DNA of 64,000 nt from Acidobacteriota bacterium (lineage in GTDB: Bacteria; Acidobacteriota; UBA6911; RPQK01; JADFOI01): positions 2,048,001 to 2,112,000 of the forward strand of contig OY760074.1 in NCBI GenBank assembly GCA_963663035.1. The letters are read 5' to 3'. Under the pieces are notes generated by a model that saw nothing but the letters and a program-made list of their open reading frames with translations, was not told the DNA's origin and did not search any database. Both the position numbers and the translations under genes were made by a program. This document shows positions 9,940-20,036 of the stretch, in pieces; positions within the stretch are counted from its first letter, which is position 1; the number at the start of each line of letters is the position of its first letter.

Positions 9940-11871
9940 TTAACGAGGCTGGCACACAACATCCACCAGAGCGCACCCGCCCCGTTTCACCACATCGACG
10001 GCGCGTTTGAATGCCCCTGCCAACTGGGTGGGGTCGCTGATCGGTCCTTCCGCCGACACCCCCATACTCCTGGCCAAAGCGGCATAGTCAATATAGGGAT
10101 CCTCAAAGACATTGCCGATCTTGGCCGGGCCGTCGACACCGCGCTGCCGCCGTGCCGCAATACGTTGGATATGCATCACCTCCTGGTGATAGGCGCGGTT
10201 GTTGTTGATCACCATGAGAAGGGGAATATCGTGATGAGTAGCGGTCCACAACGCCCCCGACGAGTACATCAGATCACCGTCGGCCACAACGCTGACCGAC
10301 AGGCGGCCATGTTCGCGGTTTGCCAGCGCAGCGCCAATCGACGCCGGGGCTCCGTAACCAAGTCCCCCCGCGCCCGAGCCCCCGATGTACTGGTAATGCT
10401 TGTTCATCGTCCAAAAGCGTCGCGCACCACCGGTCAATTTCTGACCGACCAGAGACCAGTCGTGGTCCTTGATCTGCTGCCCCAGCTCGACCATGAGCCG
10501 GGTGGTGCTGATCGGACTGGAGTTCCAACCATAGGTGGCTTGCTTGCGCGCTTGAGTGCGACTGTCCTGGTGGCTTTTCCGAAACTCATCCTCACGAGCA
10601 GAGTTCTGGGAGCGACGCTGGGCTGTCATTGCGCGCCTGACCTCCTCGATCAAAGCCGGCAGGGATGCCTGGGCGTCACCGGCGATGGAAAGATCAACGG
10701 GCTGGTAGCGCTGGAAGTTCTGATAGTTGGCCTTGAGGTACACGTCGTTTAGGCCAAGACTGATGAGCTTAACGTCGGGGCTCAGGACGCGCCGCGTCTC
10801 ACGGTGGGGAAGATCGCGCATGCTCCAGACCGTGGTCCAGAAACTGCCCACCTCCAATCCCAGAACGACGTCGGCCTCGCGCACCAGGCGCCTCGACTGA
10901 TAGAGATGGTGATCGTTGGGAAAGTTCATACGGCCACCCCGGTCTGAAACCGGAATCTGAAGCAACTCGGCAAGCTCCACCAGGTCCTCCATTCCCTCCG
11001 GCGTGCGGGCCATACTTCCAGCCATGATCACGGGGCGCTCTGCGTTCACCAGCATTCGCGCCACCTCACGCAAGGCGCCGGTCTCCCCCTGTGAGGGAAC
11101 CGTCGGTCTGAACTCTGGAATAGCCGGCCGGTTATCGCCGACTTCCATTTCCTGCAGGTGGCCGTCCAGGGTAATCACCACCGGTCCCATGGGCGGCGTA
11201 GTAGCAATCTTGTAGGCACGCATCAAGGACTCCGTGAAATGGGCCAGCGAGACGGGGGTGTCATCCCATTTGGTGAAGTCGCGCACCAACTTGGCACAGT
11301 CCTGGGCCGCATGGGACCACTCTGCGCCGGGCCGCCGGTCGGCGGCGTCCAGGTGATTCCCAGCAAAGATAATCAGCGGCACGTGATCGGCATAAGCGTT
11401 GTAAACTGCCATCGACGCGTGCTGCAGGCCGACCGTGCCGTGGCATAACATGGCCAGGGGCTTATAGGCGATCTTGGAGTACCCGTGGCCCATGGCTATG
11501 GCGGTTTCTTCGTGCAGGCAGGTCACGAATTCAGGCGCCTTGTTGCCCCCATAGTTGACGATCGACTCCTGCAGCCCCCGGTAACTGGAGGCCGGGTTGG
11601 CGGTGATATAGTCGATGCCCAGGCTTCTAATAACATCGACCATGAAATCGGATGCCGCATTCTGGACAAAATAATGGGCAGCCTCGTCTGTGGTATAGCC
11701 ATCGGGCGGCTCCACTTCCATCCCTGCGAGGGCACTCGAGGACGGCAAAGCGGCAGCTGCACCTCCCATTTGCGCCTGGGCAAGAGCTCTGCCTGTTTGC
11801 GATTGCGCGGCCAGTCCCGAAAGTGTGCCGGCGGCTGCGACCCCCTTCAGAAAATCACGTCTGCTTGTCAT
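9940..11871 (-). CDS. Thiamine-diphosphate-dependent enzyme with Tat signal
   Basis: SRRDFLK; CLHEE catalytic Glu; ADGD...NNN ThDP motif. Confidence 0.9.
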   Translation of the reverse strand: MTSRRDFLKGVAAAGTLSGLAAQSQTGRALAQAQMGGAAAALPSSSALAGMEVEPPDGYTTDEAAHYFVQNAASDFMVDVIRSLGIDYITANPASSYRGLQESIVNYGGNKAPEFVTCLHEETAIAMGHGYSKIAYKPLAMLCHGTVGLQHASMAVYNAYADHVPLIIFAGNHLDAADRRPGAEWSHAAQDCAKLVRDFTKWDDTPVSLAHFTESLMRAYKIATTPPMGPVVITLDGHLQEMEVGDNRPAIPEFRPTVPSQGETGALREVARMLVNAERPVIMAGSMARTPEGMEDLVELAELLQIPVSDRGGRMNFPNDHHLYQSRRLVREADVVLGLEVGSFWTTVWSMRDLPHRETRRVLSPDVKLISLGLNDVYLKANYQNFQRYQPVDLSIAGDAQASLPALIEEVRRAMTAQRRSQNSAREDEFRKSHQDSRTQARKQATYGWNSSPISTTRLMVELGQQIKDHDWSLVGQKLTGGARRFWTMNKHYQYIGGSGAGGLGYGAPASIGAALANREHGRLSVSVVADGDLMYSSGALWTATHHDIPLLMVINNNRAYHQEVMHIQRIAARRQRGVDGPAKIGNVFEDPYIDYAALARSMGVSAEGPISDPTQLAGAFKRAVDVVKRGGCALVDVVCQPR

Positions 11872-11980
11872 TTCATTATCTCCTTGTTCTTGATGCTTGA
11901 TGCAGGCTTCATAGCCAGTGAGCTTACTTTAACTCTACGACAAGGTTTCCACAACTTCTTTTTTACGGTTTTGAGGCGAC

Positions 11981-12019
11981 GGCGCTGCAGTCGAAAACTT
12001 ATGCAATAGTCACGGCTAG
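11981..12019. repeat. Solo end of the IS1380-like MITE
   Basis: GGCGCTGCAGTCGAAAACTTATGCAATAGTCACGGCTAG resembles the right end of the 13584-13787 MITE. Confidence 0.55.
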
Positions 12020-12125
12020 GTGACAGCAGTCACAGCTTGTTGCTAGGCTGCCGTATAAACTGCTCTTTGAGTGTTGTCAACGCCTCTTCAGTGGTGGTGG
12101 GTGTGAAAAAGGCCGGAGAGTCTTC

Positions 12126-13583
12126 TTGGACTTTGATCTAAATAGTCTTCTCGACAGTCATGAGCTGCAGAGTACGCCTCTCTTGAGAGGCGTCGAGCTT
12201 GAATCGATCCAGACTCTGCTGGAGGGCTGTCCGATACAGGAGTTAAAAAGAGGCGACGTGCTGATCAGAGCCGGTCAGCGGAATCGCTTTCTCTACCTGG
12301 TCCTGGCTGGTGTTTTGCATATCCACCTGAAAGAACATACCCTCGACCCAATCGTAGTATTGCAACCTGGGGAGGTCGCCGGCGAACTGTCCGTCATTGA
12401 TTGTCAGGTGACTTCGGCCTATGTTGTGGCCAACGAAGACTCCTGTGTGCTCCTGCTGGACGAAAAAACCATCTGGGCCCTGGTTGATTATTATCCCATT
12501 GTGGCCCGCAATCTACTCTTCGTCCTGGCCCAGCGTTTGCGTAACGGCAACGTTATTATCGAGGCTTCCCTGATAGAGGAGGTTTCTGAGAAGGAGCTGC
12601 AAGAATTCCAGTCCCACGAGGTCCCGGCGAGCAAGGATCTGCCTGACGTGGATCTGCCTGAAGAGGACCTGCCTGAAGAGGACCTGCCTGAAGGGGACAT
12701 CGAAGCCGAACCAGCCAAACTGTACAAAGCCGCAAAGGACTATGTTGTGGAATCGATCCGTGGGGCTGAGGCAAAAAAGGGCCCCGATCTCACAAGGGGA
12801 GAGGAGTTGGTCAAAGGCCTTCACGATTCCATGGCTGATAGTTCCGCTCTCCTGCTGTTAGCCACCGACAGAAGGCAGGAATTCTCTGTCAGTGCCCACT
12901 GTGTGAATGTGGCCATTTTCTCACTTCGGATGGCACAGACCCTGAAATACGAGCTGGAAAATCAGTTGCAGGTGGGGCTGGCTGGACTCTTACACGAAAT
13001 TGGGGTGGCACGGCTCCCCAAGCGAGTGCTCCATCAACCTACACCGATGCGTTCGGAAATGAGGCACCGGCCTGCTTACGGCGCCGAGCTGTTGCACGAG
13101 TTCAACCCCGAGTGCGATTGGCTTATTGAAACTGTGGGGCAGGTATACGAACGAGAAGATGGAAGCGGATTTCCCCTGGGACTTCAGGGAAGAGATATCC
13201 GCGAAGAGGCGAAAATCCTGGGCATCGTGGATGTCTTCGAGGCCAGTGTCCACGATCGCCCTTACCGCAAGGCCTTGACTGGCTATCAGTTACTCGAAGG
13301 GTTAACCCTTGGCGTCACCACAGGTTTTTCGGATCACGTTGTAAAGGCTTTGATAGAGAGTTTCTCTGTTTATCCTTATAATGAGTACGTCGTGCTGAAT
13401 TCCGATGAGGTGGGGCAAGTCGTGGAAGTCAATCCGAGAAACTCATGGCGTCCTATCGTCAAGATCCTTTTCGACAAAGAAGGGGTACCCCTGAACAAAC
13501 CCAAAGAGACCGATCTGGCACAGGATTCCTCGCTGTTTATCACCAAAGCCATTACCTACCATGAGTTACCAGACGCGGACTAG
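12126..13583 (+). CDS. cNMP-binding domain plus degenerate HD-GYP protein
   Basis: GEVAGELS cNMP domain; HCVNVA, LLHEIG, EREDGSGFP and RPYR. Confidence 0.8.
   Translation: MDFDLNSLLDSHELQSTPLLRGVELESIQTLLEGCPIQELKRGDVLIRAGQRNRFLYLVLAGVLHIHLKEHTLDPIVVLQPGEVAGELSVIDCQVTSAYVVANEDSCVLLLDEKTIWALVDYYPIVARNLLFVLAQRLRNGNVIIEASLIEEVSEKELQEFQSHEVPASKDLPDVDLPEEDLPEEDLPEGDIEAEPAKLYKAAKDYVVESIRGAEAKKGPDLTRGEELVKGLHDSMADSSALLLLATDRRQEFSVSAHCVNVAIFSLRMAQTLKYELENQLQVGLAGLLHEIGVARLPKRVLHQPTPMRSEMRHRPAYGAELLHEFNPECDWLIETVGQVYEREDGSGFPLGLQGRDIREEAKILGIVDVFEASVHDRPYRKALTGYQLLEGLTLGVTTGFSDHVVKALIESFSVYPYNEYVVLNSDEVGQVVEVNPRNSWRPIVKILFDKEGVPLNKPKETDLAQDSSLFITKAITYHELPDAD
12636..12695. repeat. 15-bp in-frame tandem repeat (DLPEE-type x4)
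   Basis: GA(T/C)CTGCCTGAAGAG-type units in the interdomain linker. Confidence 0.85.
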
Positions 13584-13787
13584 CCCGGACTATGCATAGG
13601 TTCTCGTCACGAAGCGGTGAAAGCGCCGGCCTGACAAGGCGCGCGAGGGGTACCCGCCACGGGTCGGCCCCCGCAAACGTACTCTTGAGTAGGTTGAGGA
13701 GCCGAGGGGTACCCGCTTGCGGGTCGCGCAACACTGGCAGGGCGAGTGATTTCGGCGCTGCAGTAGAGAATTTATGCATAGTGCGGG
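13584..13787. mobile_element. IS1380-like MITE copy 1
   Basis: Ends CCCGGACTATGCATA / TATGCATAGTGCGGG; flanks CTAG/CTAA; the left flank is the stop codon of the HD-GYP gene. Confidence 0.85.
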
Positions 13788-13855
13788 CTAAACATCTCCC
13801 CAGTCATTCAGGCACCTGAAAAAGCTACCTTTCACTTTCGACGGAGCCTCCCATT

Positions 13856-14431
13856 TTGAGCCTTGGATCGCGCAAGAAAAAGTCCTCTTCCGAGGTGGCT
13901 GCTGCCGGACAGGAGTCACAAACCTTAATCGTGGTGGATGATGATGACGAGATCATCCAGTACGCTTCACGAACTCTTTGCCATCGGGGCAACGGTCTTC
14001 GCCACAGAGGGGTGGCCGTTTTTCTCTACAATAGTCAAGCTGAAGTGCTTCTGCAGAAAAGGAAGCACCAGCTCTTCGATAAGCTGTGGGATCTGGCCGG
14101 GGCCACCCATCCGCTCCACCTTGATGACAGAGACGAAAGCTACGAAGAAAGCGGAATCCGCTGCTTAAAAACCGAATGGGGAATAACACTGCCTTTACAC
14201 AAAGTTCTGGCATTTACCTATTTTGAACGGGACAACGATCGATGTGAAAACGAATCTTGTGCTCTTCTGACAGGTAAGTATGACGGAAAACTCAATCCTA
14301 ACCCACGTCACATCTACGACTTCAGGTGGGTCACCTGGAATCAACTTGCCCAGGAGCTCGATGGGGAGCCAAAAGGGTTCACACCGTGGCTGAGAAAGTC
14401 TGTTGAAGGCTTGAATGGAAGCCTATTTTGA
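13856..14431 (+). CDS. NUDIX protein, type-1 IPP isomerase-like
   Basis: LRHRGVAVFLYN, LLQKR, HP, ENE and FTPW motifs. Confidence 0.75.
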   Translation: MSLGSRKKKSSSEVAAAGQESQTLIVVDDDDEIIQYASRTLCHRGNGLRHRGVAVFLYNSQAEVLLQKRKHQLFDKLWDLAGATHPLHLDDRDESYEESGIRCLKTEWGITLPLHKVLAFTYFERDNDRCENESCALLTGKYDGKLNPNPRHIYDFRWVTWNQLAQELDGEPKGFTPWLRKSVEGLNGSLF

Positions 14432-14444
14432 AAAAACGCGGCAC

Positions 14445-14999
14445 TCAGGAGGTTGGCAGCAGACGGGACAGCCAGGAGTTTTCAAGGGTTGTTTCAAAAT
14501 CACCGGAGCGAAGCTGCCCCAGGGTACTCAGAAGGGTTTGGAAGACAGGGGTATCGGAACAGACTTCTCCCGACTCAACCAGATCCTGAAACTTGAGCGC
14601 ATCCAAGGCCTGAATCTTCCCCTCTCTGTCACGAAAGTAGAGAAGACCTCCCTTGAGACCATCCAATCCATTGAGAGTCTTGAAGGCTTTAAAGTTACGG
14701 AGGAGACTGTCGATAGAGCAGCCCGAGACACCCTCCTGGCAGTAGGCTGCAGTCACCACAAAACGCTCAGACAGAATCTTGAAGGCAGCCTGGACCGGGG
14801 CCCCGTGCGAAACCCATTGGGGTAGAAACTGCTCCAGTCCCTGGCGGATGATCTCCTCTTGAGGCCCAGTCAGCTCTTCTTGGAAACCGTGAACCCACAC
14901 CCGGGCCTGATCGGGAAGATCCTTGAACTCACTCCAGTCCACCTTCAACTCCCGATCCCCTTCGGCTGTTGCTTGTCCAGCCATGCCTTCAGCCTTCAT
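14445..14999 (-). CDS. Conserved hypothetical protein (WxSHG, SGCSIDS)
   Basis: Coherent ORF with RVWV, QWVSHGAPV, SGCSIDS and C-terminal ENSW; function not known to me. Confidence 0.7.
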   Translation of the reverse strand: MKAEGMAGQATAEGDRELKVDWSEFKDLPDQARVWVHGFQEELTGPQEEIIRQGLEQFLPQWVSHGAPVQAAFKILSERFVVTAAYCQEGVSGCSIDSLLRNFKAFKTLNGLDGLKGGLLYFRDREGKIQALDALKFQDLVESGEVCSDTPVFQTLLSTLGQLRSGDFETTLENSWLSRLLPTS

Positions 15000-15054
15000 T
15001 CAGTTCCTCACTGCTTTTTCGCATCCCAGTCACACTCCTATTGTACACAATTCG

Positions 15055-17310
15055 TTAAAGAACGGAGAAGCCTGCCTTCGTCAACGGAAGCTCTCGCACA
15101 CGATGACCGCTGGCGGCAAAGATCGCGTTGCAGATGGCCGGTGCAACCGGAGGTAGAGCGGGTTCACCAAGACCCGTGGGCGGGAAATCGCTTTCGATAA
15201 AGTGAACGTCAACCTCTGGCGCATTGGCCAGACGCAGGATTGGATATTGGTGGAAATTGGACTCCTGTACGCGCCCATTTTCTATTGAAAGCTCCAGACT
15301 CAGCATCGTGCTAAAGCCGTCGATAGCCGCACCCTGACACTGATTTTCCGCACCGCTTAGATTAATGATGGGACCGACATCGGCAGCTACCGTTACTTTA
15401 TGGACTGTCAGCTTTTTGTTCTCGTCTACACTCACCTCGGCAACTTCGGCGAAATGGCCGGCGTGACTAAAGTGGAAGGCCAGCCCCAGTCCCCGCCCGG
15501 CCGGGAACGATCTGCTCCAACCGGCTTTTTCTGCGGCAAGTCGAATAACGGCTGCGGCGCGACCGGTGTTCAGGGCACGGTCGTTTCCGGGATCCAGCCA
15601 ACGGGGCTGGCCCATCACTTCGAGGAGAAACTCAAGGTGATCGCGTCCAGCTGCCACCGCAAGCTCGTCAAGAAAGCATTGCACGGCAAAGGCAATTCCG
15701 TTTGAACGCGGTGCCCGCCATGGTCCGCAGGGCGTCGCCAGCGGCAACATGGTTTGAGTCAGTCGGTAGTTGGAAAGCAGAGGTCCGGGGAACTCCTCTT
15801 CGCCAATATTACCTCCGCTGACGGGACGTTGTCCGTCACTGGAGAAGGTCACGAAGTGATCCTGCCAGGCCGAAAGCTTGCCCGATCGATCGACTGCACC
15901 TTTGAAGGAATGGAAGCCCGCCACACGGTAAAAGTCGTGGGCCATATCGTCTTCGCGCGTCCATTGCAGTTTTACCGGTGCGTCAATCTGCTTCGAGATG
16001 GCCGCTGCTTCGCACATGGGATCATTCATTAAGCGGCGCCCGAAACCGCCGCCCACTCGGGTCTGGTGAATCGTTACCCGATCCTCGGGAATGCCGAGCA
16101 GTTTGGCCACGCTGCCAAGTCCCCGTTGGGGAGTCTGGGTGGGAGCCCAAATCTCGACCCCGCCCTCACGATACCAGGCCGTGCAGTTTTGGGGCTCAAG
16201 CGGCGCGTGTGAGAGAAATGGGTAGCTGTAGAAGGCGTCCACCGTTTTGGAGGCGCTGCTGAAGGCTTCCTCCAGGTTGCCAGTGTCGCTAATAATCTGG
16301 TTGCCGCTTTGATTGGCCAGCTCCCCGGCTCGTCGAACGGCACCACTCCAACTATCCTTGGAAGCCTGGCTTTCATCCCAGGTCACCCGAAGCTGACGTT
16401 TGGCGCTGAGAGCGGCCCAGGTGGAAGTCGCAACAATAGCGACTCCGGGCATCAGCTCTGCGACCTGCCCGTTGCCTTCCAGCACAAAGGCATCCTCGAC
16501 GCCAGGAAGCGAACGGATCTCGTCTAGATTGGCCTGGCCAACCCGGCCACCGGTGGCCGGGCATTTTTCATAGGCGGCATAGAGCATGCCCGGCACGACC
16601 TGATCGATTCCAAAAAGCGGTTGTCCGGTAACCACTTTGTGGTTATCGACGCCGCCTACCCGTGTGCCCAGCAGCTTGTAGTCTGAGCGCTCTTTCAGGG
16701 TGACAGATTGCGGGTCCGGAACCGGAAGCGCGGCTGCCCTGTTGGCCAGTTCGCCATACCCCAATCGCCGGCCACTCTGACGATGGATCACCGTACTCGT
16801 TTCTGTGGTGCACTCAGCAGTCGAAACACCCCATTCTTGGGCCGCAGCCGATACAAGCATGGCGCGGGCCACCCCGCCGGCGCGGCGCAGTTGATCCCAG
16901 CTCGAGGCCACGGATCGGGAGCCACCGGCAGACTGACGGCCATACACCGCTTGATTGATCGGTGACTGTTCCACACGCACGTCAGACCAGTCAGCGTCCA
17001 ACTCCTCGGCGACGATCATGGGCAGGGCAGTCATGACGCCCTGACCAATCTCGGGATTCTTCGAGTAGATCAGAATCGAGCCATCGGGTGATATGCGAAT
17101 GAAGGCGTTGGGGACGAACTCGCTTCCAGCCTGTGCGGCAAAAGCACTGCTCCCCCCTTCAATGTAGAAGGCAAGTGCCAGTCCCCCACCAGCCACTCCG
17201 GTCAGCTTCAGGAACGAGCGTCGACCTATGGCCTCCGCCCTGGTTTCAGCAGTTGTTTCAAACGCGGCTTCCGCCTCGCAGAGAACGTCATGAAGATATT
17301 CGTCATTCAT
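15055..17310 (-). CDS. Molybdopterin oxidoreductase, isoquinoline 1-oxidoreductase beta-like
   Basis: RRSFLK Tat motif, EIGQGVMT, AEELDADW, GGGFGRR, WTREDD and GLGEP. Confidence 0.9.
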   Translation of the reverse strand: MNDEYLHDVLCEAEAAFETTAETRAEAIGRRSFLKLTGVAGGGLALAFYIEGGSSAFAAQAGSEFVPNAFIRISPDGSILIYSKNPEIGQGVMTALPMIVAEELDADWSDVRVEQSPINQAVYGRQSAGGSRSVASSWDQLRRAGGVARAMLVSAAAQEWGVSTAECTTETSTVIHRQSGRRLGYGELANRAAALPVPDPQSVTLKERSDYKLLGTRVGGVDNHKVVTGQPLFGIDQVVPGMLYAAYEKCPATGGRVGQANLDEIRSLPGVEDAFVLEGNGQVAELMPGVAIVATSTWAALSAKRQLRVTWDESQASKDSWSGAVRRAGELANQSGNQIISDTGNLEEAFSSASKTVDAFYSYPFLSHAPLEPQNCTAWYREGGVEIWAPTQTPQRGLGSVAKLLGIPEDRVTIHQTRVGGGFGRRLMNDPMCEAAAISKQIDAPVKLQWTREDDMAHDFYRVAGFHSFKGAVDRSGKLSAWQDHFVTFSSDGQRPVSGGNIGEEEFPGPLLSNYRLTQTMLPLATPCGPWRAPRSNGIAFAVQCFLDELAVAAGRDHLEFLLEVMGQPRWLDPGNDRALNTGRAAAVIRLAAEKAGWSRSFPAGRGLGLAFHFSHAGHFAEVAEVSVDENKKLTVHKVTVAADVGPIINLSGAENQCQGAAIDGFSTMLSLELSIENGRVQESNFHQYPILRLANAPEVDVHFIESDFPPTGLGEPALPPVAPAICNAIFAASGHRVRELPLTKAGFSVL

Positions 17311-17528
17311 GGCCCAACCTCTTTCCTCGCTGGATTGATCTGTAAGTTTCTTAGCAGCAGTGTTTATCCCCTTGCGGAGGCATTTCCAGCGACCTCCTGA
17401 GAGCTTGAACTCAGTGTTGCACAGTCTCGGGCCAGAATCAATCGGGCGGTTTACCCATTCGATTTGGAACTCACGGACCCTATCGGTTGAACGAGCTTGC
17501 CCATAATCGATATACTCCCGTCCCTTCT

Positions 17529-18608
17529 ATGAAGATTGCTATTGTTGGACTGTCGAATAGCGGCAAAACGACGGTTTTTAATGCATTGACACGGGGAACG
17601 GCTGAGACCGCCTCCTTCACTTCGGGAAAGTTTGAGCCCAATCTGGCCTCGGTCAAGGTTCCCGATCCCAGGTTGGACGTATTGGCCGAGATTTACCAGC
17701 CGCGAAAGCTCACGGCAGCTGAAGTCCAATACGTGGATGTGACCGGCTTCAAGGGAGAGGAACAGGGGACAGAGCTGCCGGCCGAAGTCCTGGGTTATAT
17801 CGGAACGGCCGATGCTTTGCTTCACGTGGTCCGTGCCTTTGAGGACGAGAGGGTCCCCCATCCCTCAGGAGTAGTGAACCCTGAGGACGACCTGTCTGGA
17901 GTCGACTTTGAACTCATCTTTTCAGACCTCAGGATCATCGAGAAAAGGCGGGCACGGCTGGAGAAAGATCTGAAGAAGACTTCAGGCCAGGAGAAAAATA
18001 TTAAGATTGCCGAACAGGATCTCCTGTGCCGACTCAAGGAGAGCCTTGAGGCAGAGAAGCCGATTCGAGATCTGGAACTCTCCTCACAGGAGGAGAAGCT
18101 GATTCGAGGCTATCCACTCCTCTCAAAGAAGCCGGTCCTGGTGGTTTTGAATATCGGGGAAGAGCAGCTCTCCTCCCCCCCGCCCTTGGAATACAATCAC
18201 TCGAAAAGCTTGGTGGTGCCTCTCAGTGCCAAGATCGAGGAGGAATTGACCCAACTGGAGGAAAACGATGCCCGTGAATTCATGGGGAGTCTCAAAATTC
18301 AGGAACCCGCCAGAGATCGGGTCATCGCTTCATCCTACGCCTTGCTGGGACTGATTAGTTTTCTCACCGTCGGAGAAGATGAGGTGCGGGCCTGGACGAT
18401 TCGCCAGGGCGCCGTTGCCGTGGAGGCCGGAGGCGTCATCCATTCCGATATCGAGCGCGGATTCATTCGGGCAGAGGTCATTTCCTTTGAGGATCTGGTC
18501 AAATCCGGCAGTATGGCAAGCGCACGCAAGCAGGGTCTGTTGAGACTCGAGGGCCGCCAATACGTGCTCCAAGATGGAGATATTAGCAATTTTTTGTTTA
18601 ACGTCTGA
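17529..18608 (+). CDS. ychF: Redox-regulated ATPase YchF
   Basis: GLSNSGKTT, VPDPRLD, EVRAWTI, IHSDIERGFIRAE and RLEG motifs. Confidence 0.93.
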   Translation: MKIAIVGLSNSGKTTVFNALTRGTAETASFTSGKFEPNLASVKVPDPRLDVLAEIYQPRKLTAAEVQYVDVTGFKGEEQGTELPAEVLGYIGTADALLHVVRAFEDERVPHPSGVVNPEDDLSGVDFELIFSDLRIIEKRRARLEKDLKKTSGQEKNIKIAEQDLLCRLKESLEAEKPIRDLELSSQEEKLIRGYPLLSKKPVLVVLNIGEEQLSSPPPLEYNHSKSLVVPLSAKIEEELTQLEENDAREFMGSLKIQEPARDRVIASSYALLGLISFLTVGEDEVRAWTIRQGAVAVEAGGVIHSDIERGFIRAEVISFEDLVKSGSMASARKQGLLRLEGRQYVLQDGDISNFLFNV

Positions 18609-20019
18609 GGGAGTTCGTCGTGCCGGTACAGCCGAGCAGGGCCACGGTCTCGGAATGGGTCGTGTAGGTAAAACAGTCAAAGAGGGCCAGGGAATGCAGC
18701 CAGAAGCCCACATCCAGGAAAGGCTTGAGATCTCGTGCCAAGCTGGCATGATCACAGGCCAGCCAGATGAGCGCCGTCGGCGCCTCTCGGTTGACTAGCA
18801 CCCGGCTCAGACTCCTGGCGGCAGGCAAGCCGATGCCGTCTCTGGGAGGGTCGCAGATCAGGATGTCGGGAAATTCACGATCGTCAATCCTGGCCTGGAT
18901 GAATTCTCGAACGTCGCCCACTACGGCGTGGGCCGCTAAAGCAGGGTGATTGAGCTTTAGTGCGGAAATAGCCGATGCCTCCCCATCCACCGACCAGGTG
19001 GTGACCTTGTGCCCGGCACCCGCCGCCATCTCGAAAAGATCGGAAAGCGCTCCCGCCCCACAGTAAAGATCCCATGCCGTCCACCCGGCTTTCTCCTCAA
19101 GAGATGAGAAAGCCGGCTGCCGAAGCAGTTGCTGCAACTGATCCAGGATCTCCGCTCGATACAGGGACAGGGCTTGGGAGTGCGGCTGCACGAATACCCG
19201 GGAACCCACCATGAACGGATCACGCTCCGGATGGGCCACATCGGCAAATCCCTCGCCATCGACCTGAGCGCCGTTCCACTCCTTGACCAGGCGCTGCAGT
19301 TTCCGGCGAAGCGCAGATTCCTCTTTTGGTCTCCGGCACACCAGGGCACTCAAGCTGAGGACCACGGCATGGTTGCGCAGCAGGGTCGCTTCGAATTGCA
19401 GATCCACCAGACCTGCCCGCCCATACAACCGGCTCATGTCATCGACCTTGAGCCAGGCCATCAGTCTGGAGCGGGTATCCTCCAAGGGGGGAGCCAGGAG
19501 AAGGCAATTTTCAGTGGAGACGACCTGATGGGTACGCCGTGCGAAAAATCCGAGGGTCTCACCGTCAAAATGCCAACGGGCCCTCACCCGATAGCCCAGA
19601 GGACTGCCCTGGTGACACCGAAGCAGCCGGTCCGCAAGATCGACCTGCTGGGGAGACCAACCTCCCACCCGCCGGAGCGTCTGAATCAACCACTGCCTCT
19701 TGAGGGTGAGCTGGCCCTGGGGCGTCACGTGCTGCAGCTGGCAGCCTCCACAGCGAGGAGCATGGGGACAGGGGAGCTCCTGGCGCATCTCCGAGCGCTT
19801 GAGCACGCTCTGGAGGGCTCCCTCTGCCAACGTGCTACGCTCCCCTTCCAGCCGGACGGTCACGCTTTCGCCGCCGATGCCCCCTTCCACCAACACCACC
19901 TTGCCCCCGGGGAGCCGCCCTACGCCCAGCCCGTCCGTAGCGGTATCGTGAAGCTCGACTTCAGGGAAGACTCTTTCGCTTTCTGCGGCAGGTAAATTGT
20001 CAAGTCCCGGATCGTGCAT
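18598..20019 (-). CDS. RNA (uracil-C5)-methyltransferase, RlmD/TrmA family
   Basis: TRAM domain, CxxxxxCGGC, DLYCGAG, DPPRDG, ACD...LARDL and THSE. Confidence 0.85.
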   Translation of the reverse strand: MHDPGLDNLPAAESERVFPEVELHDTATDGLGVGRLPGGKVVLVEGGIGGESVTVRLEGERSTLAEGALQSVLKRSEMRQELPCPHAPRCGGCQLQHVTPQGQLTLKRQWLIQTLRRVGGWSPQQVDLADRLLRCHQGSPLGYRVRARWHFDGETLGFFARRTHQVVSTENCLLLAPPLEDTRSRLMAWLKVDDMSRLYGRAGLVDLQFEATLLRNHAVVLSLSALVCRRPKEESALRRKLQRLVKEWNGAQVDGEGFADVAHPERDPFMVGSRVFVQPHSQALSLYRAEILDQLQQLLRQPAFSSLEEKAGWTAWDLYCGAGALSDLFEMAAGAGHKVTTWSVDGEASAISALKLNHPALAAHAVVGDVREFIQARIDDREFPDILICDPPRDGIGLPAARSLSRVLVNREAPTALIWLACDHASLARDLKPFLDVGFWLHSLALFDCFTYTTHSETVALLGCTGTTNSLRR

Positions 20020-20036
20020 TCGGTCGCTCCCTATCG

